Assembly (NCBI RefSeq): GCF_040295985.1
Contig: NZ_JBEOWK010000009.1
Coordinates: forward strand, 61,755-93,754
Origin: Streptosporangium sp. NPDC002524
Lineage (GTDB): Bacteria > Actinomycetota > Actinomycetes > Streptosporangiales > Streptosporangiaceae
DNA: 32,000 nucleotides
Direction of reading: 5' to 3'
Shown one piece after another: positions 16,279 to 24,870 of the stretch. A model generated the notes under the pieces. The model did not search any database. It was not told the origin of the DNA and saw only the letters and a program-made list of their open reading frames with translations. Positions within the stretch are counted from its first letter, which is position 1. Every line of letters begins with the position of its first letter. A program made the translations under genes and the position numbers.

Positions 16279-16803
16279 ATGAACACCGCCACCAGCGCCA
16301 CCTGGATCACCCGGACCGAGGCCGACGCCGACCTCGCCGCGATTCGCGCGGTCAACCTCGCCGCCTTCCCCACCTCGGAGGAGGCCGACCTGGTGGAGGC
16401 CCTGCGCGCCGACCCCGCGGCCTGGCGCCCCGGCCTGTCCTGGCTCGCCCAGGCCCCCGACGGGACCGTCGCCGGGTTCGCGCTGCTCACCCGGTGCCAT
16501 GTCGGCGACGTCCCCGCCCTCGCCCTGGGCCCGTGCGCCGTCCTGCCCGGCCACCAGAGGCGGGGCGCCGGTTCGGCCGCCATCCGCGCCGCCCTGCGAG
16601 CTGCCCGTGACCAGGGCGAGAGCCTCGTCCTCGTCCTCGGCCACGCCGGGTACTATCCCCGCTTCGGCTTCACCCCGGCCTCGGGTCACGCCATCCGGCC
16701 GCCGTTCGACGTCTCCGACGAGCACATGATGGCGCTCGTCCTCGACCCCGCGCGCCCGGTCCCCTCCGGTGTCATCCGCTACCCGGCGGCATTCGGCGTC
16801 TAG
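16279..16803 (+). CDS. GNAT family N-acetyltransferase (YhbS-like)
   Basis: A GAGGAG RBS lies 11 nt upstream of ATG 16279. The acetyl-CoA binding motif is VLPGHQRRGAGSAAIRAAL. The C-terminus LVLGHAGYYPRFGF is typical of this subgroup. Confidence 0.85.
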   Translation: MNTATSATWITRTEADADLAAIRAVNLAAFPTSEEADLVEALRADPAAWRPGLSWLAQAPDGTVAGFALLTRCHVGDVPALALGPCAVLPGHQRRGAGSAAIRAALRAARDQGESLVLVLGHAGYYPRFGFTPASGHAIRPPFDVSDEHMMALVLDPARPVPSGVIRYPAAFGV

Positions 16804-16874
16804 CTGCCGGGCGGCCCCGGCGCCCACGACCGGTCACGGCGTGGGCGCCCGCACCGGGGCCCGAGTGTTCGCCG

Positions 16875-17306
16875 TCAGGAGGCGAAGACCTGGGAGTCGT
16901 CGGCGAACGCCTTGAACTCCAAGGCGTTGCCCGCCGGGTCGAGCAGGAACATCGTCCACTGCTCACCGGTCTGCCCCTCGAAGCGGACGTAGGGCTCGAT
17001 GACGAACTCGGTACCCGCCGCGCGCAGCCGGTCGGCGAGCGCGTGGAACCCCGGGATCGTCAGGATCAGGCCGAAGTGCGGTACGGGGACGTCGTGGCCG
17101 TCGACGGGGTTGTGCACGCGCCGCGCGCGGCCGGGTGCCAGATGCGTGACGAACTGGTGGCCGCGCAGGTTCCAGTCGACCCAGGTGTCCGAGCTGCGGC
17201 CCTGCTCCAGGCCCAGCACCTCGCCGTAGAAGTGGCGCGCGGCGGCCAGGTCGTCGACCGGCACGGCCAGATGGAACCTGGGGATCGGGGAGTCGAGAAC
17301 GGTCAT
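16875..17306 (-). CDS. VOC (glyoxalase/bleomycin resistance/dioxygenase) family protein
   Basis: 143 aa, with FHLAVPVDDLAAARHFYGEVLGL...HFGLIL...FLLDPAGNALEF, the typical paired beta-alpha-beta-beta-beta VOC signature. Confidence 0.85.
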   Translation of the reverse strand: MTVLDSPIPRFHLAVPVDDLAAARHFYGEVLGLEQGRSSDTWVDWNLRGHQFVTHLAPGRARRVHNPVDGHDVPVPHFGLILTIPGFHALADRLRAAGTEFVIEPYVRFEGQTGEQWTMFLLDPAGNALEFKAFADDSQVFAS

Positions 17307-17404
17307 GGGCTGCCTTCCTGGACGCGGGCCCGGCGGGTCACCGGACCGGAAGCGGTTGCCCCAATGGTGACATCACGACAGCGGGGAGAGCCCGCCGCCG
17401 GTGA

Positions 17405-17890
17405 TCATCGTGACAGGGAGGGCGGACCGGACTCGGCCGCAAGGTGGTCGAGGAGGACCCGGCTGATGTCCTCCAGGTGCCGGACCTGCTCCGGGGTGAG
17501 CAGGTCGATCAGGTGTTCGCGCACGCTGGCCACGTGCGGGGGGGCCGCCTCCCGCAGCGTGGCGAGCCCGTCGTCGGTCAGGACGGCGAGCCAGCCGCGC
17601 CGGTCGTCCGCGCAGTGCTGCCGGCGCACCCACCCCTTCTGTTCGAGCTTGTTGATCGCGTGGGAGATGCGGCTGGGCTTGGAGTTGGTCCAGTGCGCCA
17701 GCTCGCTCATGCGCAGGGTCCGCCCGGGTGCCTCGGAGAGCAGCACCAGCAGCTCGTAGTAGGTCGGAGGCATGTCGGCCGCGGCCTGCAGATCGCGGTC
17801 CAGCCGGTCGTTCAGCAGGCGGGTGGCGAGCGCGAAGGCCCGCCAGGCGCGCTGTTCGTCGTCGGTGAGCCATCGTGTCACGGAAGTCAT
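17405..17890 (-). CDS. MarR family transcriptional regulator
   Basis: The winged-helix region reads YELLVLLSEAPGRTLRMSELAHWTNSKPSRISHAINKLEQKGWVRRQHCADDRRGWLAVLTDDG. ATG at 17890 is preferred over the TTG at 17899. The gene is divergent to the YceI gene. Confidence 0.9.
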   Translation of the reverse strand: MTSVTRWLTDDEQRAWRAFALATRLLNDRLDRDLQAAADMPPTYYELLVLLSEAPGRTLRMSELAHWTNSKPSRISHAINKLEQKGWVRRQHCADDRRGWLAVLTDDGLATLREAAPPHVASVREHLIDLLTPEQVRHLEDISRVLLDHLAAESGPPSLSR

Positions 17891-17974
17891 CGTACTCAAA
17901 AGTTGCGCGCTGAAATAAGCGGAGGTACTGTCCTGCTAAATATTCCAGCACTGAACTAAAAGGAGCGGCGCGGC

Positions 17975-18520
17975 ATGTACCCCAGCGAACTCACCGGCAC
18001 CTACACCCTCGACCCCGCGCACAGCCGGTTCGGCTTCGCGGCCCGACACGCGATGGTCACCAAGGTCCGGGGCAGCATCCCCGTCCGGGAGGCCACCGCC
18101 TCCCTGGACGCCGGCGACCCGGGCGCCTCCAGCGTCCACGTGGTCCTCGACGTGGCCGGCATCGAGACCGGCAACGAGAACCGCGACGCCCACCTGCGCA
18201 CCGGCGACTTCCTCGACGCGACCGGCCACCCCTTCATCACCTTCGACTCCACCGGCGTCAAGCAGGCGGGCGACGACGACTTCGAGGTCACGGGCGATCT
18301 GACCATCCGCGGCGTGAGCAGGCAGATCACCGTCCCCCTCCGGTACACCGGGACGGCGGTCGACATCCAGGGCATGACCCGGGTCGGCTTCGAGGGCAGC
18401 ACCGTGATCAACCGCAAGGACTTCGGCATGACCTACAACGCCGTCCTGGAGACCGGCGGCGTGATGGTCTCCGAGAAGATCACGCTCGAGTTCGACCTGT
18501 CCGCCGTGAGGACCACCTGA
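17975..18520 (+). CDS. YceI family (polyisoprenoid-binding-like) protein
   Basis: An AAAGGAG RBS is present. The sequence TYTLDPAHSRFGFAARHAMVTKVRGSI...RDAHLRTGDFLD....ITF.S......GDLTIRGVSR is the typical YceI signature. Confidence 0.9.
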   Translation: MYPSELTGTYTLDPAHSRFGFAARHAMVTKVRGSIPVREATASLDAGDPGASSVHVVLDVAGIETGNENRDAHLRTGDFLDATGHPFITFDSTGVKQAGDDDFEVTGDLTIRGVSRQITVPLRYTGTAVDIQGMTRVGFEGSTVINRKDFGMTYNAVLETGGVMVSEKITLEFDLSAVRTT

Positions 18521-18695
18521 GCGCTCTCGCCACCCCCTCCCCGGCACGGGGGAAGAAGGGATCGACGTCCCGCTCACCACGCCACTGTTGACGCGGTGCG
18601 CGGTCATCACACAGACTACGAGCCAACCGGACGAGACCGTCCGGTTGTGGGGAGGCGCCTTCCGAGCCGTCCCCCGCGAATCGAAGGACGCTGTG

Positions 18696-19025
18696 ATGAC
18701 CGATCAGTGGGACACCGCCGTCGACGTGCTCGTCGCGGGTTCCGGCGCGGCGGGCCTGACCGCCGCCATCACGGCCGCCGACCTCGGGCTGGACGTCCTC
18801 GTGGTGGAGAGCACCCCCCGGCGGGGCGACACCACCTCCGCCTCCGGGGCGGGCCGTGGATGCCCGCCGGCCCGCTCATGCTCCGGGCCGGCGTACGGGA
18901 CTCCGCCGAGGAGGCCCTGCGGTACACGGACGACGTCATCGGCGACGCCGGTCCCGCCTCCTCCCCCGAGCGCAGGACCGCCTTCGTCCGGACCGCCCCC
19001 GAGGTCGTGGCCTTCCATCGCCCCC
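18696..19025 (+). pseudogene. frameshifted, 3'-truncated FAD-dependent dehydrogenase (KstD / fumarate-reductase flavoprotein family)
   Basis: ATG 18696 has an RBS and opens a dinucleotide-binding N-terminus (DVLVAGSGAAGLTAAITAADLGLDVLVVEST..TTSASG). Near 18850 the family-like sequence moves to another frame (..PWMPAGPLMLRAGVRDSAEEALRYTDDVIGDAGPASSPERRTAFVRTAPEVVAF). No similarity remains after about 19025, whereas full-length relatives are about 550 aa. Confidence 0.65.
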
Positions 19026-19278
19026 GCCGTCGTCTTCGGTTACCGTGCCGCACAGCACGCCGCCGCGTCACGGTGACCCCGGGAGCCGGGCCGCGGGCAG
19101 GCGCGAACGCGCTCTCCCCGCCCCCCGGCGGCCTCACCACCGAAGCGGGCGACACCCCCACGGCCCCGGCAGCCCCGACGGCTCCACCGTCACCGAAGCG
19201 GGCGACACCTCCCACGGCCCCGACGACCTCGACGGCCTCGCCGTCACCGGAGCGGATAACGCCCCCGCCGCACCGCGC

Positions 19279-19845
19279 TCAGGGCTCGATCCCGTGGCGG
19301 AGCAGCGTCCACATCCGCTCGGCGGTCGTACGCCGCTCGGCGGCCGGGAGCCTGGTGAGGAGCCCGGCGAGCATGCCGACGGCCAGGAGCAGGTCGTCCG
19401 CGGTGACGTCCTCGCCGAGCCTGCCGGTCCGCCGGGCCTCGGGGAGCGTGCCCGCCAGCAGATTCCCCACCCGGTCGCGCACCTCGATGACGCGGGGATC
19501 GCTGGCCGAGGCCAGGGTCACCATGTCGACGAACGCGGTCGAGGCGATGGTCTGCTCGGTGAGCAGGTCCAGCACGTCGTCGAGGGTGGTGCCGGGCCTG
19601 GCGGCCAGCGTCTCCAGGTCGGCGACGCTGTCCTTGAACACGGCCAGCGCCAGGCTGATGCGGTCGGGAAAGTGCCGGTAGAGGCTGCCCTGCCCGACCC
19701 CGGCCGCCCGCGCGACCTCGGTGAGCGGCGCGTCGTATCCGGTGGCGGAGAAGGCCTCGCGGGCCGCGGTGATCAGCGCCGCCCGGTTCGCGGCCGCGGC
19801 ACGAGGCCCTCTGTTGGGTCGACGCGTGGCAGTCACAGCGGTCAC
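19279..19845 (-). CDS. TetR family transcriptional regulator
   Basis: The HTH region reads ANRAALITAAREAFSATGYDAPLTEVARAAGVGQGSLYRHFPDR. The likely start is GTG 19845 or 19836, since the ORF N-terminus from 19971 is Gly/Arg-rich non-homologous sequence. The gene is divergent to the SDR gene. Confidence 0.85.
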   Translation of the reverse strand: MTAVTATRRPNRGPRAAAANRAALITAAREAFSATGYDAPLTEVARAAGVGQGSLYRHFPDRISLALAVFKDSVADLETLAARPGTTLDDVLDLLTEQTIASTAFVDMVTLASASDPRVIEVRDRVGNLLAGTLPEARRTGRLGEDVTADDLLLAVGMLAGLLTRLPAAERRTTAERMWTLLRHGIEP

Positions 19846-20071
19846 GTTACCAACCGGAGAATGACGTCCGATGGGCGCCGAAGGCGCCGCGACCGCTCGG
19901 CGGACCACACCCCCCACGGGGTACGGCGACCCGCCCCCGCCACCAAGGCCACGGCCCCTACCCGCCACCACCCCGGCCGCGGGCCGCGCCCGTGGACACC
20001 TGAACCACGGCAGCCCTCACTCCATGGGAATCCCGGCGCCCGGCCGCCGCTCCGACCGAAAGGACCACCTC

Positions 20072-20821
20072 TTGAGCACCTTCGACGACAAGGTCGCCCT
20101 GATCACCGGCGCGGGCTCCGGGATCGGCAGGGCGATGGCGATCGCCTTCGCCAAGGCCGGCGCCCGCGTGGTGGTCTGCGACCTCGACCCCGACCGCGCC
20201 GGGCTCACCGCCTCCGGCATCGGTGACGCCGCCCTCGCCGTCACCGCCGACGTCTCCTCCGAGACCTCGGTGGCCACGCTGGTCGAGACCGCGATCGGCG
20301 CGTACGGCCGCGTCGACGTCCTGTGCAACAACGCCGGGATCATGGACAGCATGGCGCTGCCCGCCGACATCACGCTGGAGCAGTGGGACCGGGTCATGCG
20401 CGTCAACCTGACCGGGGCGTTCCTGGTCACCCGCGCCGTGCTGCCGCACCTGCTCCGCCAGGGCGGCGGCGCCATCGTCAACACCGCCTCCGAGGCCGGG
20501 ATCCGCGGCGGCGCGGCCGGGGCCGCCTACACCGCTTCCAAACACGGTGTCGTCGGCCTGACCCGCAACGTCGCCTGGGCCTACGCCAAGGAGGGCGTCC
20601 GCTGCAACGCCATCCTGCCGGGCCCGACCATGACCGGCATCGCCGACGGCGCCTCCTTCGACCCGATCGGCGCGGCCCGCCTCGCCCCCGTGCTCAGCCT
20701 GGGGGAGCGCCTCGCCCAGCCGGAGCAGATGGCCGAGGTCGCCCTCTTCCTCGCCTCCGACGCCGCCTCGTTCGTCAACGGCGCGATCGTGCCGGTGGAC
20801 GGCGGCTGGTCGGCGGCCTGA
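20072..20821 (+). CDS. SDR family oxidoreductase (classical short-chain dehydrogenase)
   Basis: A GAAAGGA RBS precedes TTG 20072, which is in frame with the ORF. The cofactor motif is TGAGSGIGRA, followed by NNAG and the catalytic YTASKHG. The C-terminus is VPVDGGWSA. Confidence 0.9.
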   Translation: MSTFDDKVALITGAGSGIGRAMAIAFAKAGARVVVCDLDPDRAGLTASGIGDAALAVTADVSSETSVATLVETAIGAYGRVDVLCNNAGIMDSMALPADITLEQWDRVMRVNLTGAFLVTRAVLPHLLRQGGGAIVNTASEAGIRGGAAGAAYTASKHGVVGLTRNVAWAYAKEGVRCNAILPGPTMTGIADGASFDPIGAARLAPVLSLGERLAQPEQMAEVALFLASDAASFVNGAIVPVDGGWSAA

Positions 20822-21182
20822 GACCTTCGCGCGGGGGCGCCGGGGTCGAGGAACACCGGAACGGCTCGACGGCGCCGAAGGAGCGTTTGGCGGCCCGGAC
20901 CGAACCCGAGGTGACGTTCACGATCCGGCTCTGCCCCGCGGCCTGCGCCTCGTGGACGAGCTGCTGAAAGCGTTCCGCCGAGAGCGCTTCCAGCAGCGCG
21001 TGCCGGTTGGGGAAGTGCCGGTACACCATCCCGACGCCCACTCCCGTGAGCCGGGCGATGGTGTTCAGCATGAGCGAGTCGTCACCCGTGGCCAGCTGCT
21101 CCCTGGCGACCTGCAACACCCGTGCGCGGTTGCGCGCGGCGTCCGCGCGCAGCGCCGGCGCCCGCTCAGCATTCGGTGTCAC
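20775..21182 (-). pseudogene. TetR family regulator, probably truncated (HTH domain only)
   Basis: The first about 85 aa form a good TetR N-terminal domain (RNRARVLQVAREQLATGDDSLMLNTIARLTGVGVGMVYRHFPNRHALLEAL). The total is only 135 aa, against about 190-210 for the family. The last about 50 aa are unrecognisable, and the 3' end overlaps the convergent SDR gene by 47 nt. Confidence 0.5.
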
Positions 21183-21300
21183 GGTCCCAGCCTAGGCCAG
21201 GCTCGCCGGGCACCGCCCGGCCGGTCGCCGGGCCGCGGGTGCCGGAGTCTCGCGAGGCCGGGCCCGGGTGTCCGGCCGTTGCCGCCCTCGTGGACACCGG

Positions 21301-22035
21301 CTACAGCCGGTTGGTGAAGTGGTAGAAGGCGTAGACGACCAGCCGTCCGCTCCGGCGCAGCCGGGCCGGCCGGGAGAGCAGCCGGTAGAGCCATTCGAGG
21401 TTGGCTCTGCGCCAGCCCGCGGGGGCGCGTTTGACGTATCCGGCCACCACGTCGAAGGTGCCGCCGACGCCCATGTAGAGCGCGCCGGGATACACCTGGT
21501 GGCACTCGTGCATGAAGATCTCCTGCGCGGGGGAGCCCAGCGCGACGGTCACGATGGCCGCGCCGCTCCGCCGGATCCGTTCGAAGATCGCGTCGCGTTG
21601 GTCGTCGTCGAAGTAGCCGTCCTGGCCGCCGACGACGTCGACCCCCCACTCGTCCTTGAGCCGCCGCTCGACCTCGGTCAGCACCTCCGCCCGCGCTCCG
21701 AGCAGGAAGACGGGGATCCGCTCGCGGCCGGCGCGGCTCATCATGGCCTGCCACAGGTCGATGCCTGCGATGCGGGGCAGGCCGTCGGCGTACTTGCGCC
21801 TGATGGACCGGACGACGCTGATGCCGTCGGCGTAGGTGTAGGCGGCCTGTTCGGCGATGCGGCGCAGCGCGGGGTCCCGATCGCAGACGACGACCTTCTC
21901 GGCGTTGAAAGCGATCATGAGGCCGGTCTTGACCCGGCCGTCGGCGAAGAGCTCGTCGAGGAACTCCTCCTGGCTGCCGAAGCCGAGGATGTCCAGGCCG
22001 CGCAGGCGGTAGGTGGGCACGGGGGTGGTCGTCAT
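21301..22035 (-). CDS. wecG: WecG/TagA/CpsF-family glycosyltransferase, WecG-like (UDP-ManNAcA:lipid I transferase type)
   Basis: 244 aa from ATG 22035. The blocks match my recollection of E. coli WecG: PTYRLRGL, AFNAEK, YADGISVVRSIRRKY, AIVTVALGSPAQEIFM, ALYMGVGGTFDVVAGYVKRAP and LEWLYRLLSRPARL. The start overlaps the wzyE stop as ATGA (22032-22035). Confidence 0.9.
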   Translation of the reverse strand: MTTTPVPTYRLRGLDILGFGSQEEFLDELFADGRVKTGLMIAFNAEKVVVCDRDPALRRIAEQAAYTYADGISVVRSIRRKYADGLPRIAGIDLWQAMMSRAGRERIPVFLLGARAEVLTEVERRLKDEWGVDVVGGQDGYFDDDQRDAIFERIRRSGAAIVTVALGSPAQEIFMHECHQVYPGALYMGVGGTFDVVAGYVKRAPAGWRRANLEWLYRLLSRPARLRRSGRLVVYAFYHFTNRL

Positions 22036-23597
22036 GGCGCCGCCGTTCGTCCTCGGATGTTCCCGACCTTGCGCGACAGGCGGGAGGAGCCCTTGGCCGC
22101 CAGCGCGGACAGGCCGAACCCGGCGCCGTGGAAGGCGAAGCGGGAGACGAAGGAGTCCGGGCCCTCCCGTACCAGCACGGCGATGTTGAACAGCGAGCCG
22201 AAGCAGAACGCCTTGACGACCGCGCGGGTGCCCGGGTCGTCGGCGCGGCGGGCGGTGTCGTAGAGCCGGTCGTACCAGCGGATGAGGCGCCCGCAGGCGA
22301 GCGCCCCCACCGGGAGGGCGAGCAGGCCGCCCATGATGAGGCACGAGCTGATCAGCGTCGGTGAGATGGTCACGCCGGGCCCGCGTCCCAGCACGTTCCT
22401 GGTGAAGTAGTTCGGTGTGTTGAGCACCAGGTCGGGGCGGCCGGGCCAGAGTCTTCTGGGGATGTGGACGTAGAAGTCGCGCACGATCGGGGCCAGGCCC
22501 TGGCGTTCGATCCGCGGCAGGTGCCGCAGGGTCAGGGCCAGGTTCTCCCACGGCGAGAGCGTGTCGCGGGTGAAGAGCACGGCGTGGTGCACCTGCTGGA
22601 CGGCCGGGCCGGGCAGCCGGTAGCGGGCCAGCGCGAGCAGCGCCATGCCGGTCACCCCCAGGGCCGCGAGCGGCGGCAGGTGCCGGGGGTGAAGGTGTCC
22701 CTCGGCCAGTCCCACGGCGACGAACAGCGCGAGGGCCATGGCGAGGTTGGCGCGCGTGCCGCCGACGGCGACGTAGGTGAACGCGCCGAACCCGGCGCAG
22801 GCCGCCAGGAACATCAGCCAGCTCCCGACGCCCGGACGCAGGAAGTAGGCGATCAGCATGCCGGGTAGGAAGAAGGAGAAGAAGCGCCGCAGGGCGAACC
22901 CGGACACCTGCCGGGAGAACGTCTGGCTGTAGGTACGGAGCTTGAACAGCAGCAGCCCGTTCCTGGCGACGAACGCCGTCAGGGCGGCCAGCGCGATCAG
23001 TGCCAGCACGGCCGCCGTCGCGACGGCCTCGCCTTCGTCGAAGCCCTGGCCGAAGGCCGGCCCCGGGATGCCCCGGGAGGAACCTCCGGCGGTGTAGGCG
23101 TCGTGGTAGGCGAGGTAGAAGGCGAGTGCCAGCAGCAGCGCGCCCGCCAGGTAGGGCGACTCGACGATGGGCGACCGGAACCGGAACACCAGCACGGCCG
23201 ACAGCGGGAAACCGGAGTAGAACGTCAGCAGGTAGGCCAGTGAGAAGCACAGGTGGAAGCTGAAGCCGGTGGCGGCGAACGACCGGCACATGAGGGCGAT
23301 CATGATCAGCGTGCAGGCCAGCCAGATGGCCAGCAGAACGGCGAACTCCTCGACCGACATCGCGGTCCGGCCCTCCCCCTCCTCCCCTCCGACCTCCTCT
23401 CGGATCTCTCCGGCCGCCCGCTCGTCGCGCGCCCGCTCATCGGCCGTCTGCTCGTTGGCCGTTTGCTCATCGGCCGTTTGCTCATCGGGCGGCGTGGGTT
23501 CGCGTGCGTCGCCGCCGCTGTCGTTGTCGCCGTCGGTGTCGTCGCCGTCGGTGTCACCGCTTGTGCCGTCGTCGGGTGGCATCGGCTCTCCTCTCAT
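22032..23597 (-). CDS. wzyE: WzyE-like (enterobacterial common antigen polymerase family) polytopic membrane protein with an acidic N-terminal extension
   Basis: From MSVEEFAVLLAIWLACTL (23360) onward the protein is collinear with WzyE. Shared blocks are FPLSAVLVFRF, LLLFKLRTYSQTFSRQVSGFALRRFF, VGGTRAN, TRDTLSPWENLAL, QGLAPIVRDFYVHIP, LWPGRP, ISPTLI and REGPDSFVSR. Three starts are possible: ATG 23597 (ATGA overlap with the wecF stop), ATG 23582 (AGAGGAGAG RBS) or ATG 23360 (the homology start). Confidence 0.85.
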   Translation of the reverse strand: MRGEPMPPDDGTSGDTDGDDTDGDNDSGGDAREPTPPDEQTADEQTANEQTADERARDERAAGEIREEVGGEEGEGRTAMSVEEFAVLLAIWLACTLIMIALMCRSFAATGFSFHLCFSLAYLLTFYSGFPLSAVLVFRFRSPIVESPYLAGALLLALAFYLAYHDAYTAGGSSRGIPGPAFGQGFDEGEAVATAAVLALIALAALTAFVARNGLLLFKLRTYSQTFSRQVSGFALRRFFSFFLPGMLIAYFLRPGVGSWLMFLAACAGFGAFTYVAVGGTRANLAMALALFVAVGLAEGHLHPRHLPPLAALGVTGMALLALARYRLPGPAVQQVHHAVLFTRDTLSPWENLALTLRHLPRIERQGLAPIVRDFYVHIPRRLWPGRPDLVLNTPNYFTRNVLGRGPGVTISPTLISSCLIMGGLLALPVGALACGRLIRWYDRLYDTARRADDPGTRAVVKAFCFGSLFNIAVLVREGPDSFVSRFAFHGAGFGLSALAAKGSSRLSRKVGNIRGRTAAP

Positions 23598-24667
23598 CGG
23601 GGGGCGTCCGTCTGTCCACGGGTCAGGGCCCGGCGCCATCCGGCCACGCAGTTGTGCGGCGCGAAGGAGATGTCGTCCCAGGACAGGGCGGCCAGCCCGG
23701 CCCTGGTGCGCGCGACGGCCCGCGCGTCCAGGTCGCCGCCGTGCAGCAGGAAGGGGATCCGCTGGCCGGCGAGGTCGAGCGCGAAGGGATTGTCCGGGCT
23801 GATGACGAACGGCACGTGCGAGCGGATCAGCAGGCACAGGGTGCCGATGCCCTGCTGGCGCCGGAAGATGAAGTAACCCAGATCGCATCGGGCCAGCGTC
23901 GCCGCGTACCGGTCGAGATCCTGCGTCTCCTCCAGCAGCTCGACGCGCTCGGGCGCGAAGAGCCGGTGCGCGGCGGCGCGCACCCGGCGGGCGTAACCGT
24001 CGTTGCCCGGCGGGTAGCCGAAGGGGATGACGACGCGCGTGTCAGGGCCGAACCGCTCGCGGACGGCGTGCAACGCCTCGACGTGCCGGTTGCCGCGATC
24101 GCCCGAGTTGCCGATCACGACGGTGAGCGGATCCCGCCCGGAGGGTGCCGGTGCGGGGCGGATGTCGCCGTCCGGCATGCGGGTGGGGAAGTACAGCGGC
24201 TGCGACGGGGTGCCCGGGTGCCCGCGCCGGTAGTGGGCCAGATCGCCGCGGGTGCCGAAGACCTGTCCGACGCGCCCGTGGGCCGCCCTGCGCAGCGAAT
24301 AGGCGAGCCAGGCCCGCGGGCCGGAGACGTTCTCGTACAGGTCCGCTCCCCAGATGTGCCACAGGACCTGCGAGCCGTGGACGGCCCCGGTCAGCAGGGC
24401 CAGCCAGATCCACGGGGAGAACTGGCCGTGCAGGAAGAAACGCTCCCCACGCGCTCGCCGCGCCCTCGCCACCAGGGCCCTGGCCAGTGCCCGCCGGTCG
24501 GGGTAGGCGACGACGTCCAGGCGCGGGTGCGTGCCGAGCCGCTCGGGAGCCGCGGACACCACCCAGAACAGCGGCCGCCCGGGCAGCTCGGCCGCCAGCA
24601 CGTCGTTGAAGAACCGCAGCACGGTCGGGTTGTGGTGCGCGATGTCGGATCCGAGGACGTGAATCAC
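23594..24667 (-). CDS. wecF: WecF-like TDP-Fuc4NAc:lipid II Fuc4NAc transferase (GT56 family)
   Basis: 357 aa with a GTG start. The protein is collinear with my recollection of E. coli WecF. Shared blocks are IHVLGSDIAHHNPTVLRFFND, RFFLHGQFSPWIWLALL, WHIWGADLYE, LYFPTRM, IGNSGDRGNRH, PFGYPPGN and CDLGYFIFRRQQGIGTLCLLI. Confidence 0.9.
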   Translation of the reverse strand: MIHVLGSDIAHHNPTVLRFFNDVLAAELPGRPLFWVVSAAPERLGTHPRLDVVAYPDRRALARALVARARRARGERFFLHGQFSPWIWLALLTGAVHGSQVLWHIWGADLYENVSGPRAWLAYSLRRAAHGRVGQVFGTRGDLAHYRRGHPGTPSQPLYFPTRMPDGDIRPAPAPSGRDPLTVVIGNSGDRGNRHVEALHAVRERFGPDTRVVIPFGYPPGNDGYARRVRAAAHRLFAPERVELLEETQDLDRYAATLARCDLGYFIFRRQQGIGTLCLLIRSHVPFVISPDNPFALDLAGQRIPFLLHGGDLDARAVARTRAGLAALSWDDISFAPHNCVAGWRRALTRGQTDAPR

Positions 24668-24706
24668 GGCGGCGCCTGCCTGGACGCTGTGCGGGGGCCG
24701 GCCGGG

Positions 24707-24832
24707 TCAGGCCGGGACGACGGTGAAGTGCGCTTCCCCGGGGACCCGCGGCACGCTGGGCGAGCCTTCCTCCGAGGTCGCAGGAGAGGCCGGGGTGACT
24801 ACCGGCGCCGCGATCGCGGGGAGAGTTCTCAT
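24707..24832 (-). CDS. candidate small ORF (41 aa) upstream of wecF
   Basis: It is absent from the supplied ORF track and I found it by hand. An AAGGAAA RBS lies 8 nt before ATG 24832, and the TGA is at 24707-24709. The translation is MRTLPAIAAPVVTPASPATSEEGSPSVPRVPGEAHFTVVPA. About 85% of its codons end in G/C. It ends 40 nt before the wecF GTG. No homology was recognised. Confidence 0.35.
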   Translation of the reverse strand: MRTLPAIAAPVVTPASPATSEEGSPSVPRVPGEAHFTVVPA

Positions 24833-24870
24833 CGGGGCGTTTCCTTACGTGCGGGGAACCGACCGCCCAG

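Noticed and set aside
22036-23289. The N-terminal 418 aa of the 662-aa ORF 21301..23289(-), which would make wecG a giant fusion protein.
   Set aside because: This part is out of frame with wzyE, overlaps it, and is Arg/Pro-rich nonsense. WecG homology begins exactly at ATG 22035, which forms an ATGA overlap with the wzyE stop.
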